Of a stretch of DNA of 64,000 nucleotides, positions 1-10,192 are shown piece by piece. The translations under genes and the position numbers were made by a program. This stretch comes from an uncultured Cryomorphaceae bacterium (GTDB lineage: Bacteria; Bacteroidota; Bacteroidia; Flavobacteriales_D; Crocinitomicaceae). The stretch lies in contig CAJXDT010000008.1 of NCBI GenBank assembly GCA_913052055.1, forward strand, positions 539 through 64,538, written 5' to 3'. The first letter of the stretch is position 1; each line of letters starts with the position of its first letter. The notes beneath the pieces are model-generated. The model saw only the letters and a list, made by a program, of their open reading frames with translations. It was not told the origin of the DNA and did no database searches.

Positions 1-203
1 ACAAGATTGTACGCAAGGTCTTCCACTCTGAAACCAACTTTTTTCTCGTCGAATTCGAGAATGCTGACAAGACTTATAACTGCCTAGCCGAAAAGAATAT
101 TATTGTTCGAAATCGAAACAGTCTGCTCCGAAACTGTATCAGAATCACAGTAGGTACTCCACTTGAAAACGAATTACTCATACAAGCACTAAAATCAATT
201 TAA
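1..203 (+). CDS. hisC: histidinol-phosphate aminotransferase, 3' fragment running off the left edge
   Basis: Frame 3 is open from the window edge to TAA at 201-203 (...[35 protein letters not shown]), which looks like a HisC C-terminus. It ends 1 nt before hisB. It is absent from the ORF track because no start codon lies in the window. Confidence 0.6.
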   Translation, partial: KIVRKVFHSETNFFLVEFENADKTYNCLAEKNIIVRNRNSLLRNCIRITVGTPLENELLIQALKSI

Positions 204-204
204 C

Positions 205-1296
205 ATGAAAAAGGTATTATTTATAGACAGAGATGGCACATTGGTTATTGAGCCGCCAGTGGACCTTCAACTCGACAGCTTGGAAAAACTAGAATTCTAT
301 CCTGGTGTTTTTCAATGGCTTTCGCGCATTGTACGTGAGCTCGATTATGAAATTGTGATGGTGACAAACCAAGACGGCTTGGGAACCAGCTCCTTTCCTG
401 AAGAAACTTTTTGGCCCCCTCAAAACAAGATCCTTGAAGCATTTACAAACGAAGGTGTTGATTTTGATGAAATATACATAGACAAAAGCTTCCCCGAGGA
501 CAATGCACCAACAAGAAAGCCAAGAACAGGTCTGTTGAACAAATATCTCTACGGAAATTATTGTTTGGAAGATTCCTTCGTCATAGGAGACCGTGCTTCT
601 GACATTGAGCTTGCCAAAAATTTAAATGCACAAGGGATTTTTATAGGCAATGAGAACATGCCCGACGCTGTTTTAAGCACTACCAATTGGCGTGAGATTT
701 ATCAATTCCTAAAATCAAATCCTAGGCGTGCAAAAAGGGTTCGGAAAACAAGCGAGACCGATATTGCTGTGGAAATAAATGTTGATGGAAACGGCCCATC
801 AATAATCTCAACAGGTCTTGGCTTCTTCGACCACATGCTGACACAAATCTCTAAACATGGATCGATGGAGCTTTCCATTGAAGTAAAGGGAGATCTTGAG
901 ATTGACGAGCACCACACCATAGAGGATGTTGCCATCACCCTCGGAGAAACCTTTGCCCAAGCCCTCGGCGCTAAGAAAGGAATACAGCGCTACGGGTTTT
1001 TATTACCTATGGATGACTGCTTGGCGCAAGTTGCCATTGATTTTGGGGGTCGACCGTGGTTGGTTTGGGACGCTGAATTTACTAGAGAAATGATTGGAGA
1101 TGTACCAACTGAAATGTTCATGCACTTCTTTAAGTCCTTCAGTGATGGAGCAAAATGTAATTTAAATATAAAGGCAGAAGGGAGCAATGAGCACCACAAA
1201 ATTGAATCGATTTTCAAATCGTTTGCAAAGGCAATAAAAATGGCCGTTGAGAAAACCAATAATTATTCAATCCCAAGCACAAAAGGAATACTATGA
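205..1296 (+). CDS. hisB: bifunctional histidinol-phosphatase / imidazoleglycerol-phosphate dehydratase
   Basis: N-terminal HAD motif 'FIDRDGTL' and 'VTNQDG'. C-terminal IGPD motifs '[14 protein letters not shown]' and 'NEHHKIES'. ATGA overlap with hisH. Confidence 0.9.
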   Translation: MKKVLFIDRDGTLVIEPPVDLQLDSLEKLEFYPGVFQWLSRIVRELDYEIVMVTNQDGLGTSSFPEETFWPPQNKILEAFTNEGVDFDEIYIDKSFPEDNAPTRKPRTGLLNKYLYGNYCLEDSFVIGDRASDIELAKNLNAQGIFIGNENMPDAVLSTTNWREIYQFLKSNPRRAKRVRKTSETDIAVEINVDGNGPSIISTGLGFFDHMLTQISKHGSMELSIEVKGDLEIDEHHTIEDVAITLGETFAQALGAKKGIQRYGFLLPMDDCLAQVAIDFGGRPWLVWDAEFTREMIGDVPTEMFMHFFKSFSDGAKCNLNIKAEGSNEHHKIESIFKSFAKAIKMAVEKTNNYSIPSTKGIL

Positions 1297-1871
1297 TCGC
1301 AATTGTTAAATATAACGCTGGCAATATCAAGTCTGTTGAAAATGCACTACAAAGGCTCGGTTATCCTTGTGTGGTAACTGATGATGCACAAACACTTAAG
1401 GAAGCAGATAAAGTTATTTTTCCCGGTGTTGGAGCTGCCAAACCCGCCATGAAATATTTGCGTGAACGCAAATTGGACCAAGTCATTTTAAACCTTACCC
1501 AGCCCGTACTAGGAATTTGTTTAGGACTTCAGCTCATGTGCTCAGAAAGTGAGGAGGGTGCCACAAAATGCTTAGGTATTTTTAAAAATAAAGTACGCCG
1601 ATTTGAAGAAAAAGAGCTAGTACCGCACATGGGTTGGAACAGTATCAATAATTTGAAAGGCCCTCTATTTGAAGATATCAAAAACAATAAGGACACCTAT
1701 TTTGTACACAGCTATTATGCCGAACTCTCAGCGCAGACATCGGCCATCTGTTTATATGACATCCCATTCAGTGCCTCCTTACAGAAAGACAACTTTTACG
1801 CAACCCAATTCCACCCCGAAAAATCGGCGGGCCTTGGTGAAAAAATATTAAAAAACTTTTTAGCATTATGA
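1293..1871 (+). CDS. hisH: imidazole glycerol phosphate synthase, glutamine amidotransferase subunit
   Basis: Class-I GATase motifs 'GICLGLQLM' (catalytic Cys) and 'QFHPEKS'. 4-nt overlaps with both neighbours. Confidence 0.9.
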   Translation: MIAIVKYNAGNIKSVENALQRLGYPCVVTDDAQTLKEADKVIFPGVGAAKPAMKYLRERKLDQVILNLTQPVLGICLGLQLMCSESEEGATKCLGIFKNKVRRFEEKELVPHMGWNSINNLKGPLFEDIKNNKDTYFVHSYYAELSAQTSAICLYDIPFSASLQKDNFYATQFHPEKSAGLGEKILKNFLAL

Positions 1872-2581
1872 AAATCATTCCGGCAATAGATATCATAGAG
1901 GGCAGCTGTGTTCGACTCACGAAAGGAGATTACGCAACCAAAAAAATCTACAATAAAAACCCTTTAGAGGTCGCAAAAGAATTTGAGGCGAACGGTATAA
2001 AACACCTTCACCTCGTTGACCTTGATGGCGCCAAGTCAAAACGCATTGTGAATTATAAAATACTGGAGCAGATTGCAGTAAAAACAAAGCTCGAAATAGA
2101 CTTTGGTGGTGGGCTGAAATCAAATAAGGATCTAAAAATCGCTTTTGAATCAGGCGCCAATCAAATCACTGGAGGCAGTATTGCAGTTCAGAAACCCGAG
2201 CTCTTTAACTCCTGGATTCAGGACTATGGAGGAGAACGAATTATTTTAGGCGCTGACTGCCTGAATCGAAAGGTTGCCACAAATGGCTGGCAGCAAACCT
2301 CAGAAATAGATGTACTCAAGCTCATTCAAGAATATGAAAAGCGTGGTATTCGTTCAACCATTTGTACGGATATTTCAAAAGATGGCATGCTGTCTGGTCC
2401 GGCCTTTTCACTCTATGAAAACTTAATATCAAATTCCAATACGAAACTTATTGCGAGCGGTGGGATTTCAAGTATACAAGACCTCAAGGACCTCAAAGCA
2501 ATTGGCTGTGCAGGAGCAATTGTGGGCAAAGCAATCTATGAAGGAAAAGTAACACTTAAAGAACTGAAGAAATTATGTTAA
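1868..2581 (+). CDS. hisA: 1-(5-phosphoribosyl)-5-[(5-phosphoribosylamino)methylideneamino]imidazole-4-carboxamide isomerase
   Basis: '[15 protein letters not shown]', '[11 protein letters not shown]' and 'GKAIYEG' are typical of the HisA TIM barrel. Operon context supports it. Confidence 0.9.
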   Translation: MKIIPAIDIIEGSCVRLTKGDYATKKIYNKNPLEVAKEFEANGIKHLHLVDLDGAKSKRIVNYKILEQIAVKTKLEIDFGGGLKSNKDLKIAFESGANQITGGSIAVQKPELFNSWIQDYGGERIILGADCLNRKVATNGWQQTSEIDVLKLIQEYEKRGIRSTICTDISKDGMLSGPAFSLYENLISNSNTKLIASGGISSIQDLKDLKAIGCAGAIVGKAIYEGKVTLKELKKLC

Positions 2582-3333
2582 AGAAAAGAATTATTCCCTG
2601 CTTAGACATTCAAGACGGCAGGACTGTAAAAGGCATAAACTTTATCGGTATAAAGGATGCAGGAGACCCAATTGAGTTGGCGCAGAAATATGTTGAGGAA
2701 GGTGCAGATGAGCTGGTTTTCCTTGACATTGCTGCCACGATTGAAAAGAGGGAAACACTGCTTACACTTGTAAAAAACATCGCTGAAAAAATAGACATCC
2801 CTTTTACGGTAGGTGGCGGGATTCGTTCAGTCGAAGATGCAGCAAAGGTCATTGCCGCAGGCGCAGATAAGGTGTCTATAAATTCATCTGCTGTGAATCG
2901 ACCAGAATTAATTTCAGAAATAGCAAATCGTTTCGGTAGCCAATGTGTCGTTCTAGCCATTGACACGAAATATATTTCTGGTGCTTGGAAGGTATTTATT
3001 CAAGGCGGTCGAACACAAGTGCCACTAAATGCAATTGAATGGGCACAACTTGGTGCGGAGCTTGGTGCGGGAGAAATACTTCTGACCTCCATGAACAATG
3101 ATGGCACAAAAGAAGGCTTTGCCTTAAGCATTATAAAAGCACTTAGCGCGTCTGTGAATGTGCCAGTAATCGCATCAGGTGGCGCTGGGTCAATGAACGA
3201 TTTTAAAGAACTCTTCAGCAATACGAAAGCCACTGCAGGGTTAGCCGCAAGTATTTTTCACTACGGAGAAATCCCTATACCACAATTAAAAAATTATTTA
3301 AAAACCAATAACATTCCCATAAGATGCAAATAG
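2575..3333 (+). CDS. hisF: imidazole glycerol phosphate synthase, cyclase subunit
   Basis: '[16 protein letters not shown]', 'ELVFLDI', 'TVGGGIRS' and 'ASGGAGS' are canonical HisF motifs. Confidence 0.95.
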   Translation: MLKKRIIPCLDIQDGRTVKGINFIGIKDAGDPIELAQKYVEEGADELVFLDIAATIEKRETLLTLVKNIAEKIDIPFTVGGGIRSVEDAAKVIAAGADKVSINSSAVNRPELISEIANRFGSQCVVLAIDTKYISGAWKVFIQGGRTQVPLNAIEWAQLGAELGAGEILLTSMNNDGTKEGFALSIIKALSASVNVPVIASGGAGSMNDFKELFSNTKATAGLAASIFHYGEIPIPQLKNYLKTNNIPIRCK

Positions 3334-3920
3334 ATTTCAAAAAAGGTGATGGTCTCGTACCCGTCGTCATTCAAAACACCACTACCCTTCAAGTTTTAAT
3401 GCTTGGATATATGAACGAAGAAGCTTTTAAAAAGACTACAACAGAGCGGCTTGTTACTTTTTTTAGTAGAAGTAAAAACAGACTTTGGACGAAAGGAGAG
3501 TCTTCAAAAAATTACTTACGCGTTGACGAGATTCTCGTTGATTGCGATAAGGATACGGTTCTTATTAAAGCTACTCCTAATGGTCCGACTTGTCACACAG
3601 GAAGTACATCCTGTTTCAAGGAAGAAACAGACAAAGGGTTTATCTATGAATTAGAAAGAACCATTAATCAAAGAATTGATCAGGCAGATCCAGACTCTTA
3701 TACCAATACCCTTTTCAAACAAGGAATAAATAAGCTTGCCCAAAAAGTTGGTGAAGAAGCTGTGGAAGTAGTCATTGAGGCAAAAGACAACAATGAAAAG
3801 CTGTTCAAAAACGAGGTCGCTGACCTTCTTTACCACACTTTAATTCTAATGAAAGCAAAAGGCGTTGGGCTCAATGACATTGAGAAGGTACTTTCAAGTA
3901 GAAAAAATTCAAGTCGTTGA
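3324..3920 (+). CDS. hisIE: bifunctional phosphoribosyl-AMP cyclohydrolase / phosphoribosyl-ATP pyrophosphatase
   Basis: HisI part has 'PVVIQN...LMLGYMN' and the Zn-ligand cysteines 'DCDKD...CHTGSTSCF'. HisE part has 'LAQKVGEEAVEVVIEA' and 'EVADLLYHTLILM'. Confidence 0.9.
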   Translation: MQIDFKKGDGLVPVVIQNTTTLQVLMLGYMNEEAFKKTTTERLVTFFSRSKNRLWTKGESSKNYLRVDEILVDCDKDTVLIKATPNGPTCHTGSTSCFKEETDKGFIYELERTINQRIDQADPDSYTNTLFKQGINKLAQKVGEEAVEVVIEAKDNNEKLFKNEVADLLYHTLILMKAKGVGLNDIEKVLSSRKNSSR

Positions 3921-3944
3921 TTTTACTATCTTTAATAAAAAACT

Positions 3945-4136
3945 ATGGATTCACCTGTTGGAATATTAGGTATTATAATTCTCGTTGGATTAGGAGTAAT
4001 TAACTTTTTATTCTCAAAAAGGGATAGAAGATTTGTAAACGCATTCAGACCAGGCTCTTTGAGTATCAAAGGGTGGATTATATCCATATTATGGTTGGTA
4101 GGAATGGTGTTTTTACTTACCGTAGTAGGAAACTAA
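3945..4136 (+). CDS. small membrane protein (two predicted TM helices), unknown function
   Basis: 63-aa ORF with two hydrophobic stretches (GILGIIILVGLGVINFLF and WIISILWLVGMVFLLTVV). It lies 24 nt after hisIE on the same strand. Confidence 0.4.
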   Translation: MDSPVGILGIIILVGLGVINFLFSKRDRRFVNAFRPGSLSIKGWIISILWLVGMVFLLTVVGN

Positions 4137-4157
4137 GAACCTTTAAATTTAACTAGA

Positions 4158-4496
4158 ATGGAAGATTTATTAATGCTTGCTCAAATTGCCGTGGCAATAT
4201 CGGTGGCCTTTGTTTGGACCTTTAGGTTTCATAACGTCATCGCAGAATTCAAAACCTTTGGCTTAAGTGATTTAACTAGAAGCCTCGTTGGTGTTTCTAA
4301 AATAGCACTAGGTACATTATTAGTTACTGGGATTTGGTTCCCTGCTGTGGTATTGCCCGCCGCAATTCTAATGGGGCTCTTTATGGTTGCAGCACAGGGC
4401 TTTCATTTTAAAATTAAAAACACCTTGATCAAGCACCTTCCATCTCTTATTTTGTTGGTTCTATGTGCCTTCATTGCATTTGAAGCTATGAATTAA
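4158..4496 (+). CDS. DoxX-like small integral membrane protein
   Basis: 112 aa with four hydrophobic segments and an 'EF..FGL....R...G..K' pattern reminiscent of the DoxX-like family. It is a tandem paralogue of the next ORF. Confidence 0.5.
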   Translation: MEDLLMLAQIAVAISVAFVWTFRFHNVIAEFKTFGLSDLTRSLVGVSKIALGTLLVTGIWFPAVVLPAAILMGLFMVAAQGFHFKIKNTLIKHLPSLILLVLCAFIAFEAMN

Positions 4497-4502
4497 CCCG
4501 GA

Positions 4503-4841
4503 ATGGACATATTTAGAATCTGCATTCTATTTTCTAGCATTTCTTTCTTTTTCTACTCAATACACTACTTCCTCTCGGCTAGGATGAAAGATGAATTGAG
4601 GCGACTGGGCATGCAAAATCTGGGACGGGTAATTGTTGTCTGTCAATTTCTTGGCGCAACAGGACTCCTTCTTGGCTTTTTATATAACCCTTTATGGAGT
4701 GCTTCTTCTTTTGGTCTCGCATTGCTAATGTTTTGTGGCTTGGCAGTAAGAATAAGATCTAAAGACAGCCTGTGGGTTTCATTACCCGCTTTATTCTACA
4801 TGATCTTAAACTCCTATATCTTTTATTACTCTCTGGGATAA
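4503..4841 (+). CDS. DoxX-like small integral membrane protein
   Basis: 112 aa, same length and architecture as the preceding ORF ('ELRRLGM...GRVIVVCQFLGATGLLLG...LLMFCGLAVRIRSKD'). Confidence 0.55.
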   Translation: MDIFRICILFSSISFFFYSIHYFLSARMKDELRRLGMQNLGRVIVVCQFLGATGLLLGFLYNPLWSASSFGLALLMFCGLAVRIRSKDSLWVSLPALFYMILNSYIFYYSLG

Positions 4842-4889
4842 CCCCTATTGTACCCTTTCTTCCCTCCTCGCGTTGCATAAAGAAAACCT

Positions 4890-6011
4890 ATGAAATGTTT
4901 TCTGATTTTGGCATTTAGCTGGCAGCTCTTTAACCCAGTATTCTCGTGCGGGAATGAATATGGATTCACCTTAGACGGCAAACGTATCCACACACGATAT
5001 TTATACTTATCAGAGAGAATGTCTCACTTTGATACTAAAAGAATACAAACGAGGCTCAACAAACTTGCTCAAATAACTAAAACAGGCGAAGCGACCTTCA
5101 AAACATGGTCTGACATATCGGTAAACCTCATGAAATTAGGTAAGATAGATTCTGCGATACATATTCTAATTCCTTTAGTAGAAAAGCATCCTGACGAATA
5201 CAATTTATTATCTAATTTGGGAACCTGCTATGAGCTAAATGGCAACCTCACAAAGGCTCTAGAATACATTTCTAAAGGATATGAAATCAACCACAGTTCT
5301 CATTTCGGTAGCGAGTGGATTCATATCAAGATTCTTGAAGCGAAAATAAAAGAAAAAAATGCTCCGGGGTGGCTGGATCACAACAATATCATTGAAATAG
5401 AAGAGCTTATCAAACATACAAATAGAGAGATGTCCCCTCGGCACATTGAAAAAATCAATCGAAACTTTTTTTATCAGCTACGAACAAGGGCCCCGTTCAC
5501 ACCTGCCCCTAATAAAGTCATGGCGAATCTTTTAGAAACCATCGGGGACTTCAATATGGAGTATGGCTCGTATGAAAATGCATTACTTGGATACATATAT
5601 GCCTTAGTATATGAGAATTCAAATTGGCTTGACAGAAAAATAAAAGAAAAAATTAGAGCCCTCAATATTAAAAGAGATAACCTGCCTTCAAAACCTGAGC
5701 TGCCTGATGCATTTGTTAAAATGATGAAGCGCAGTCAAATCAACCCTGAACTTGTACTCATGGGAATCGATGAATTCGCCAATAAGCAAGACTCCATTCA
5801 TTTACATGAAATGCAGGTAATCGATTCGTTAGAGATTCTTCATAACCAATTGACCGCAAAGACCAAAAAAGATAATAAATCATTGAAGGCAAAAGAGCGT
5901 ATTAATGAGAAGATCAAAAATGAAAGATTTTTATTTCTAGGGATAGGACTTTTAATCGGAGCAGTCCTCACTTTTCTATTACTCCGAAGAAGAAAAAGTA
6001 ATTCAACCTAA
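4890..6011 (+). CDS. TPR-repeat protein with N-terminal signal/lipobox and C-terminal TM anchor
   Basis: Signal-like N-terminus 'LILAFSWQLFNPVFSCGN'. TPR-like helices ('NLLSNLGTCYELNGNLTKALEYISKGYEIN'). Lys-rich coiled segment followed by the TM helix 'FLFLGIGLLIGAVLTFLLLRRRK'. Confidence 0.6.
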   Translation: MKCFLILAFSWQLFNPVFSCGNEYGFTLDGKRIHTRYLYLSERMSHFDTKRIQTRLNKLAQITKTGEATFKTWSDISVNLMKLGKIDSAIHILIPLVEKHPDEYNLLSNLGTCYELNGNLTKALEYISKGYEINHSSHFGSEWIHIKILEAKIKEKNAPGWLDHNNIIEIEELIKHTNREMSPRHIEKINRNFFYQLRTRAPFTPAPNKVMANLLETIGDFNMEYGSYENALLGYIYALVYENSNWLDRKIKEKIRALNIKRDNLPSKPELPDAFVKMMKRSQINPELVLMGIDEFANKQDSIHLHEMQVIDSLEILHNQLTAKTKKDNKSLKAKERINEKIKNERFLFLGIGLLIGAVLTFLLLRRRKSNST

Positions 6012-6030
6012 AAAGTAAAGACAAAAAAAT

Positions 6031-6053
6031 AGCCTCCCGTTTATCGGAAGGCT
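6031..6053. terminator. bidirectional intrinsic terminator hairpin between convergent genes
   Basis: agcctcccg-tttat-cggaaggct forms a 9-bp stem with one mismatch. An A-run lies upstream (6023-6029) and T-rich sequence downstream. It sits between convergent CDSs ending at 6011 (+) and 6077 (-). Confidence 0.5.
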
Positions 6054-6076
6054 ATTCTATATTTATTTTGAATTAT

Positions 6077-6739
6077 TTATTGTCCTATGGTAAATACTTT
6101 TTCTGTAGTCCCATCCGAATAAACATAAATAAGCGGAGTGTTCGCTTTAAATTCAGTTTCGCGACCCATATGGTCTAAAATTTTAACCAATACTTTATTA
6201 GATGCGGTAACACCACTAAGCTCAGCGGACTGCAGCCATTGGTCATTCAGTATATGGTTTAATGTATTCATATCATGTCCACTATAGGCAAGCTGACTTG
6301 CTTCTGGATATTCTGCATCTGGAAGAAACAATAAAAACCATGGCAGTGTTGTTGCTCCGCTCTGCGTATACTTGTTGATATAATTTTGAAGCACATTATC
6401 AATATTGATAAACGTCGGATAGCTTATACCATGAGCTGAATCCCATAGGTCTGCGTCATCACAATCTGCAGTGTTAAAATCTTGATCTTCATGAATAAAC
6501 CCAAAAACTTTTACGTTTTCAGTCATTGTATTTTGCCAAAGAGTTTCCGTAGACTGCGCGCCAGCCGTACTACCTGCACACCAAAGACTTGAGAAGTTAA
6601 TGACTACTGCTTTTCCTTTAGACAGCTCAGTATACATGCTGTATGAATTACCGTCACAGGTATACTGTGTCCAATTCGGAACTTGTGCTGAAACTGATAG
6701 CAAAAGACCTGTAAATAAACTAATTAAAGATACTTTCAT
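6077..6739 (-). CDS. secreted thioredoxin-fold protein (CxxS motif) with T9SS C-terminal sorting domain
   Basis: The ATG at 6739 gives signal peptide MKVSLISLFTGLLLSVSAQ; the ORF-track start at 6778 is a TTG. Redoxin-like 'AVVINFSSLWCAGS'. C-terminus 'KILDHMGRETEFKANTPLIYVYSDGTTEKVF' resembles T9SS sorting tails. Confidence 0.6.
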   Translation of the reverse strand: MKVSLISLFTGLLLSVSAQVPNWTQYTCDGNSYSMYTELSKGKAVVINFSSLWCAGSTAGAQSTETLWQNTMTENVKVFGFIHEDQDFNTADCDDADLWDSAHGISYPTFINIDNVLQNYINKYTQSGATTLPWFLLFLPDAEYPEASQLAYSGHDMNTLNHILNDQWLQSAELSGVTASNKVLVKILDHMGRETEFKANTPLIYVYSDGTTEKVFTIGQ

Positions 6740-6907
6740 AATTAATATTTTAGTATTTGAGAGCGCAAAAGTACTCAATGTTTTAGATTAACAAACAATT
6801 TACAATGTGAATTTTATGTTACCTGATTTTATTTTACTTCTGACGTACCAAAAGTGCTTTGATGACGTTAAATTGATGACTAACTTTAGACTCACTTTAT
6901 CGAACGC

Positions 6908-9900
6908 ATGAAACGATCCTTTCTTCGCAAAAAAAAATTCTGGTTCCGCTTTTTAGGTATTGTTTTTGCACTTCCGATTTTACTACTCACGATTGCCTTA
7001 AGTATACTTTACTTTAAACAGCATGACTTAATTCAGGCTGAAATAGAAGCCCTGAATAAAGGATATAAGGGGAAAATAGAAATAGGAAGAACCCACCTCA
7101 AACCTTTTGCTAATTTCCCATATATCTCAATAAAGATTGACGATGTAGGTATCTTGGAATCGAAAGACAGCAAGGCAGAAAAGCTCCTTAGTGTTAAGGA
7201 TATTTACACTGGATTTAATGTATGGGACATCATTCAGGGCAATTTTGATATCAAAAACCTATTGATAGAGGACGGTGCATTGAACCTAATCTTCCATAAA
7301 GACGGAACCCTGAATATTCAAAATGCTTTACAAACAAATAAAGAGGCAGCTGGGGAAAACCCAATGGATATTCACTTGAAAAACATACAGCTGCGGAACA
7401 TAGATATTCATAAACTAGATGAGGCGACAAACGTAGATGTTGAAACCTTCATTTATTATGCAAAAGGAGGATTTCAAACAGCTGGTGATTTAATCAATGC
7501 ACATATCGATACTGAATTTGAACTCAACATCGTGAACAACGGTGATTCAACCTACATTAAACGAAAGCACTTTGAGTTTCATACGGATCTTTCCTTAAAT
7601 GATAAGACGGGTAAATTGGTGTTTCAACCTTCAGGGATTAGAATGGAGCATGGTGACTTTGACATCGAGGGCTCAATCGATCTAAAAAACGATGTGAGCT
7701 TGGACCTTAAAATAAAAGGTAGTAAACCAAATTTTGATATGCTCATTGCCTTTGCCCCTCAGAATTTAATTCCCGTACTTGAACGCTATAAAAATGCTGG
7801 AAAGATTTATTTCAACGCTGTCCTAAAAGGACCTACGCTACACGGTATTATGCCCTTTATTGATTTGCGATTTGGGGCTAGTGAGGCTTTTCTTGAAAAT
7901 ACTAAGGCTAGAAAACGCATCAATGATATGGGTTTTAAGGGCCACTTTACAAATGGCGCAGAACGAAATCTTCAAACGACAGAATTCTCGCTTACAGGAA
8001 TGACTGCTAAACTTGAAACAGGACGGTTTTTAGGGTCTATCTTGGTGAAAAACTTCACACAACCTGAAGTCGATATGAGGCTCAATGCAGACTTTAATAT
8101 TGGTTTTTTAGCAAAATTCTTAAATCTAGAAGATGTTGAAGCCGAGGGAAGTGCCCAGCTAGAAATGCGCTTTCATGACATCATTGACTTAGAGCGACCA
8201 GAGCTTGCCTTAAATGAGCTAAACCAGGCTTATTTCAGCGAGCTGAGCGTTAAGGACTTTTCTCTCAAATCCTCAGAGCTTCCTGCAACTTTAGAAAAAC
8301 TAGACCTCCACTTGATTATGAATGGAAAAAAGGCTGAGCTTGACTTATTTGACATGAAATTTGGCGGCTCAGATCTATCTATAACAGGGCAACTATCTGA
8401 CCTACCTGCAATTGTTCACCATACCGATATACCTGTATATGCGCATCTAGATATTGCCTCCAAAAAGATGGACCTTTCCGAAATCACAAATTATTCAAAA
8501 AAAGACAGCACGGGTATTGATGAAAAAATAGAGGACTTGAAGGTTGGTTTGTCCTTCAATTCATCAGCGCGGGCATTTACAGAATCTAAATACCTGCCTG
8601 TGGGAGAATTCTTTATAGATAGCCTTCATGCGCAGCTCAAGCATTATCCTCATGAGCTACACGACTTCCACATGGATTTATTGATTGGGGAAAGGGATAT
8701 GCGCATTAAGGATTTTACAGGATATATTGATGACACTGACTTTCATCTGAACGGCTTGGCCCATGACTATGGGTTTTGGATGAAAGACACACTAGATGGA
8801 GATGTAGATTTAGACCTTACATTTAGTTCTGAGCTTTTACGCTTGGAAGACCTCTTTTCTTATGGTGGAGAGAATTATGTGCCAGAGGACTATAGGCATG
8901 AAGAGGTAGATGGGCTTCTCCTTCACCTTCAATCTAGTATGCATTACCGTGAATCAGCACTCCATTCCATTGACCTTGACCTAGATAAGTTGAATGCTAA
9001 AATGCATATACATCCAATGCGGTTTGAAGATTTCAAAGGACGTTTTCATTATGAAGATGAGCACCTCTTGGTAAAAGACCTTCATGGAAAAATAGGCAGG
9101 ACAGTCTTCGATCTAGACATGAATTATTACCTCGGTAAAAACCTTGGCACTAGAAAAAGAGACAACCACATAGGCTTGAAGGCGAATTATATTGATTTCG
9201 ATCAGCTGTTTAATTTCAAGCTCCCTGAAGCTGATCAAGCCAATACAGAAAGTAATGTCAAGCATGACAATGCTTTCAACTTATATGAGCTGCCGTTCAC
9301 AGATATGACGATTGATGTTGATGTAGGTCACTTTATCTATCACCGAATCGACTTAAAAAACATTCATTCGCGTCTTCGCACGACTAAAAATCATTACCTG
9401 TACGTTGACACCCTTGATCTAAAAGCTGCAGGCGGTGATGTCAGAATGTCGGGATACTTCAACGGCAGTGATCCCAAGCATATTTATCTGAGCCCCAAGC
9501 TAAAATTCCAAAATATCGAACTAGACAAACTGCTTTTTAAATTTGAAAACTTCGGACAAGATGCAATTGTCTCGGAAAACTTACACGGAAAGCTCACAGC
9601 AGATATTACAGGGAAAATAAGGATGTACCCAGATATGGTTCCTGATCTTGACCAATCTGAAATCCACATGGATATTCAGGTACTGAATGGCAGACTCGAG
9701 AACTACAATTATATGCTTATGCTTTCAGATTACATGGGAGACAAAGACCTTAGCTCGGTGCGCTTTGACACCCTAGAGAACCACATGGACATCACAAATG
9801 GTGAACTCAGCATACCCAATATGACCATAGAGTCGACATTAGGGCATTTTGAATTGTCCGGCAAGCAGGATATGGACTTGAATATGGAGTATTATGTAAA

Positions 9901-10111
9901 GATCCCTTGGTCAGTGATTAAGCAGGGGGCTAGGTATACCCTTTTTGGGAAAAACAAAGCACAAAAAGAGCAACAGGATGAAGATGAAATTATTCGTGCA
10001 GATCCAAATAAAAAGACCCGTTATTTGAATCTCAAAATCAGAGGTAACATGGATGACTATAAAATATCCTTAGGTAAGGAAAGAAATAAATCCACTCGTC
10101 TAAAACGATAA
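6908..10111 (+). CDS. AsmA-family envelope protein
   Basis: 1067 aa. Basic N-terminus plus a single TM anchor ('FWFRFLGIVFALPILLLTIALSILYF'), then a long beta-rich repetitive body typical of AsmA/TamB-like proteins. The family call rests on architecture only. Confidence 0.6.
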   Translation: MKRSFLRKKKFWFRFLGIVFALPILLLTIALSILYFKQHDLIQAEIEALNKGYKGKIEIGRTHLKPFANFPYISIKIDDVGILESKDSKAEKLLSVKDIYTGFNVWDIIQGNFDIKNLLIEDGALNLIFHKDGTLNIQNALQTNKEAAGENPMDIHLKNIQLRNIDIHKLDEATNVDVETFIYYAKGGFQTAGDLINAHIDTEFELNIVNNGDSTYIKRKHFEFHTDLSLNDKTGKLVFQPSGIRMEHGDFDIEGSIDLKNDVSLDLKIKGSKPNFDMLIAFAPQNLIPVLERYKNAGKIYFNAVLKGPTLHGIMPFIDLRFGASEAFLENTKARKRINDMGFKGHFTNGAERNLQTTEFSLTGMTAKLETGRFLGSILVKNFTQPEVDMRLNADFNIGFLAKFLNLEDVEAEGSAQLEMRFHDIIDLERPELALNELNQAYFSELSVKDFSLKSSELPATLEKLDLHLIMNGKKAELDLFDMKFGGSDLSITGQLSDLPAIVHHTDIPVYAHLDIASKKMDLSEITNYSKKDSTGIDEKIEDLKVGLSFNSSARAFTESKYLPVGEFFIDSLHAQLKHYPHELHDFHMDLLIGERDMRIKDFTGYIDDTDFHLNGLAHDYGFWMKDTLDGDVDLDLTFSSELLRLEDLFSYGGENYVPEDYRHEEVDGLLLHLQSSMHYRESALHSIDLDLDKLNAKMHIHPMRFEDFKGRFHYEDEHLLVKDLHGKIGRTVFDLDMNYYLGKNLGTRKRDNHIGLKANYIDFDQLFNFKLPEADQANTESNVKHDNAFNLYELPFTDMTIDVDVGHFIYHRIDLKNIHSRLRTTKNHYLYVDTLDLKAAGGDVRMSGYFNGSDPKHIYLSPKLKFQNIELDKLLFKFENFGQDAIVSENLHGKLTADITGKIRMYPDMVPDLDQSEIHMDIQVLNGRLENYNYMLMLSDYMGDKDLSSVRFDTLENHMDITNGELSIPNMTIESTLGHFELSGKQDMDLNMEYYVKIPWSVIKQGARYTLFGKNKAQKEQQDEDEIIRADPNKKTRYLNLKIRGNMDDYKISLGKERNKSTRLKR

Positions 10112-10192
10112 AAACATTCTTAATGCATCTGTGTTGTAATTAGCGATCTATGCATTATTTTTGCATACTAAATTCTTAAGCGTTAAAGTATT

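Noticed and set aside
6929-6937. A9 homopolymer at codons 8-10 of the asmA-like gene (also A9/T9 at 45646-45654 in comF) as a phase-variation tract
   Set aside because: It encodes Lys-Lys-Lys in an AT-rich genome where 8-9-nt A/T runs are frequent. The tract is short for slipped-strand switching, and there is no evidence of frame variants.
10122-10156. AATGCAT-(21 nt)-ATGCATT inverted repeat after asmA as a terminator
   Set aside because: The 7-bp stem is AT-rich and the loop very large. It also overlaps the likely promoter (TATTTTTG at 10156-10163) of the next gene, so it is not convincing as an intrinsic terminator.
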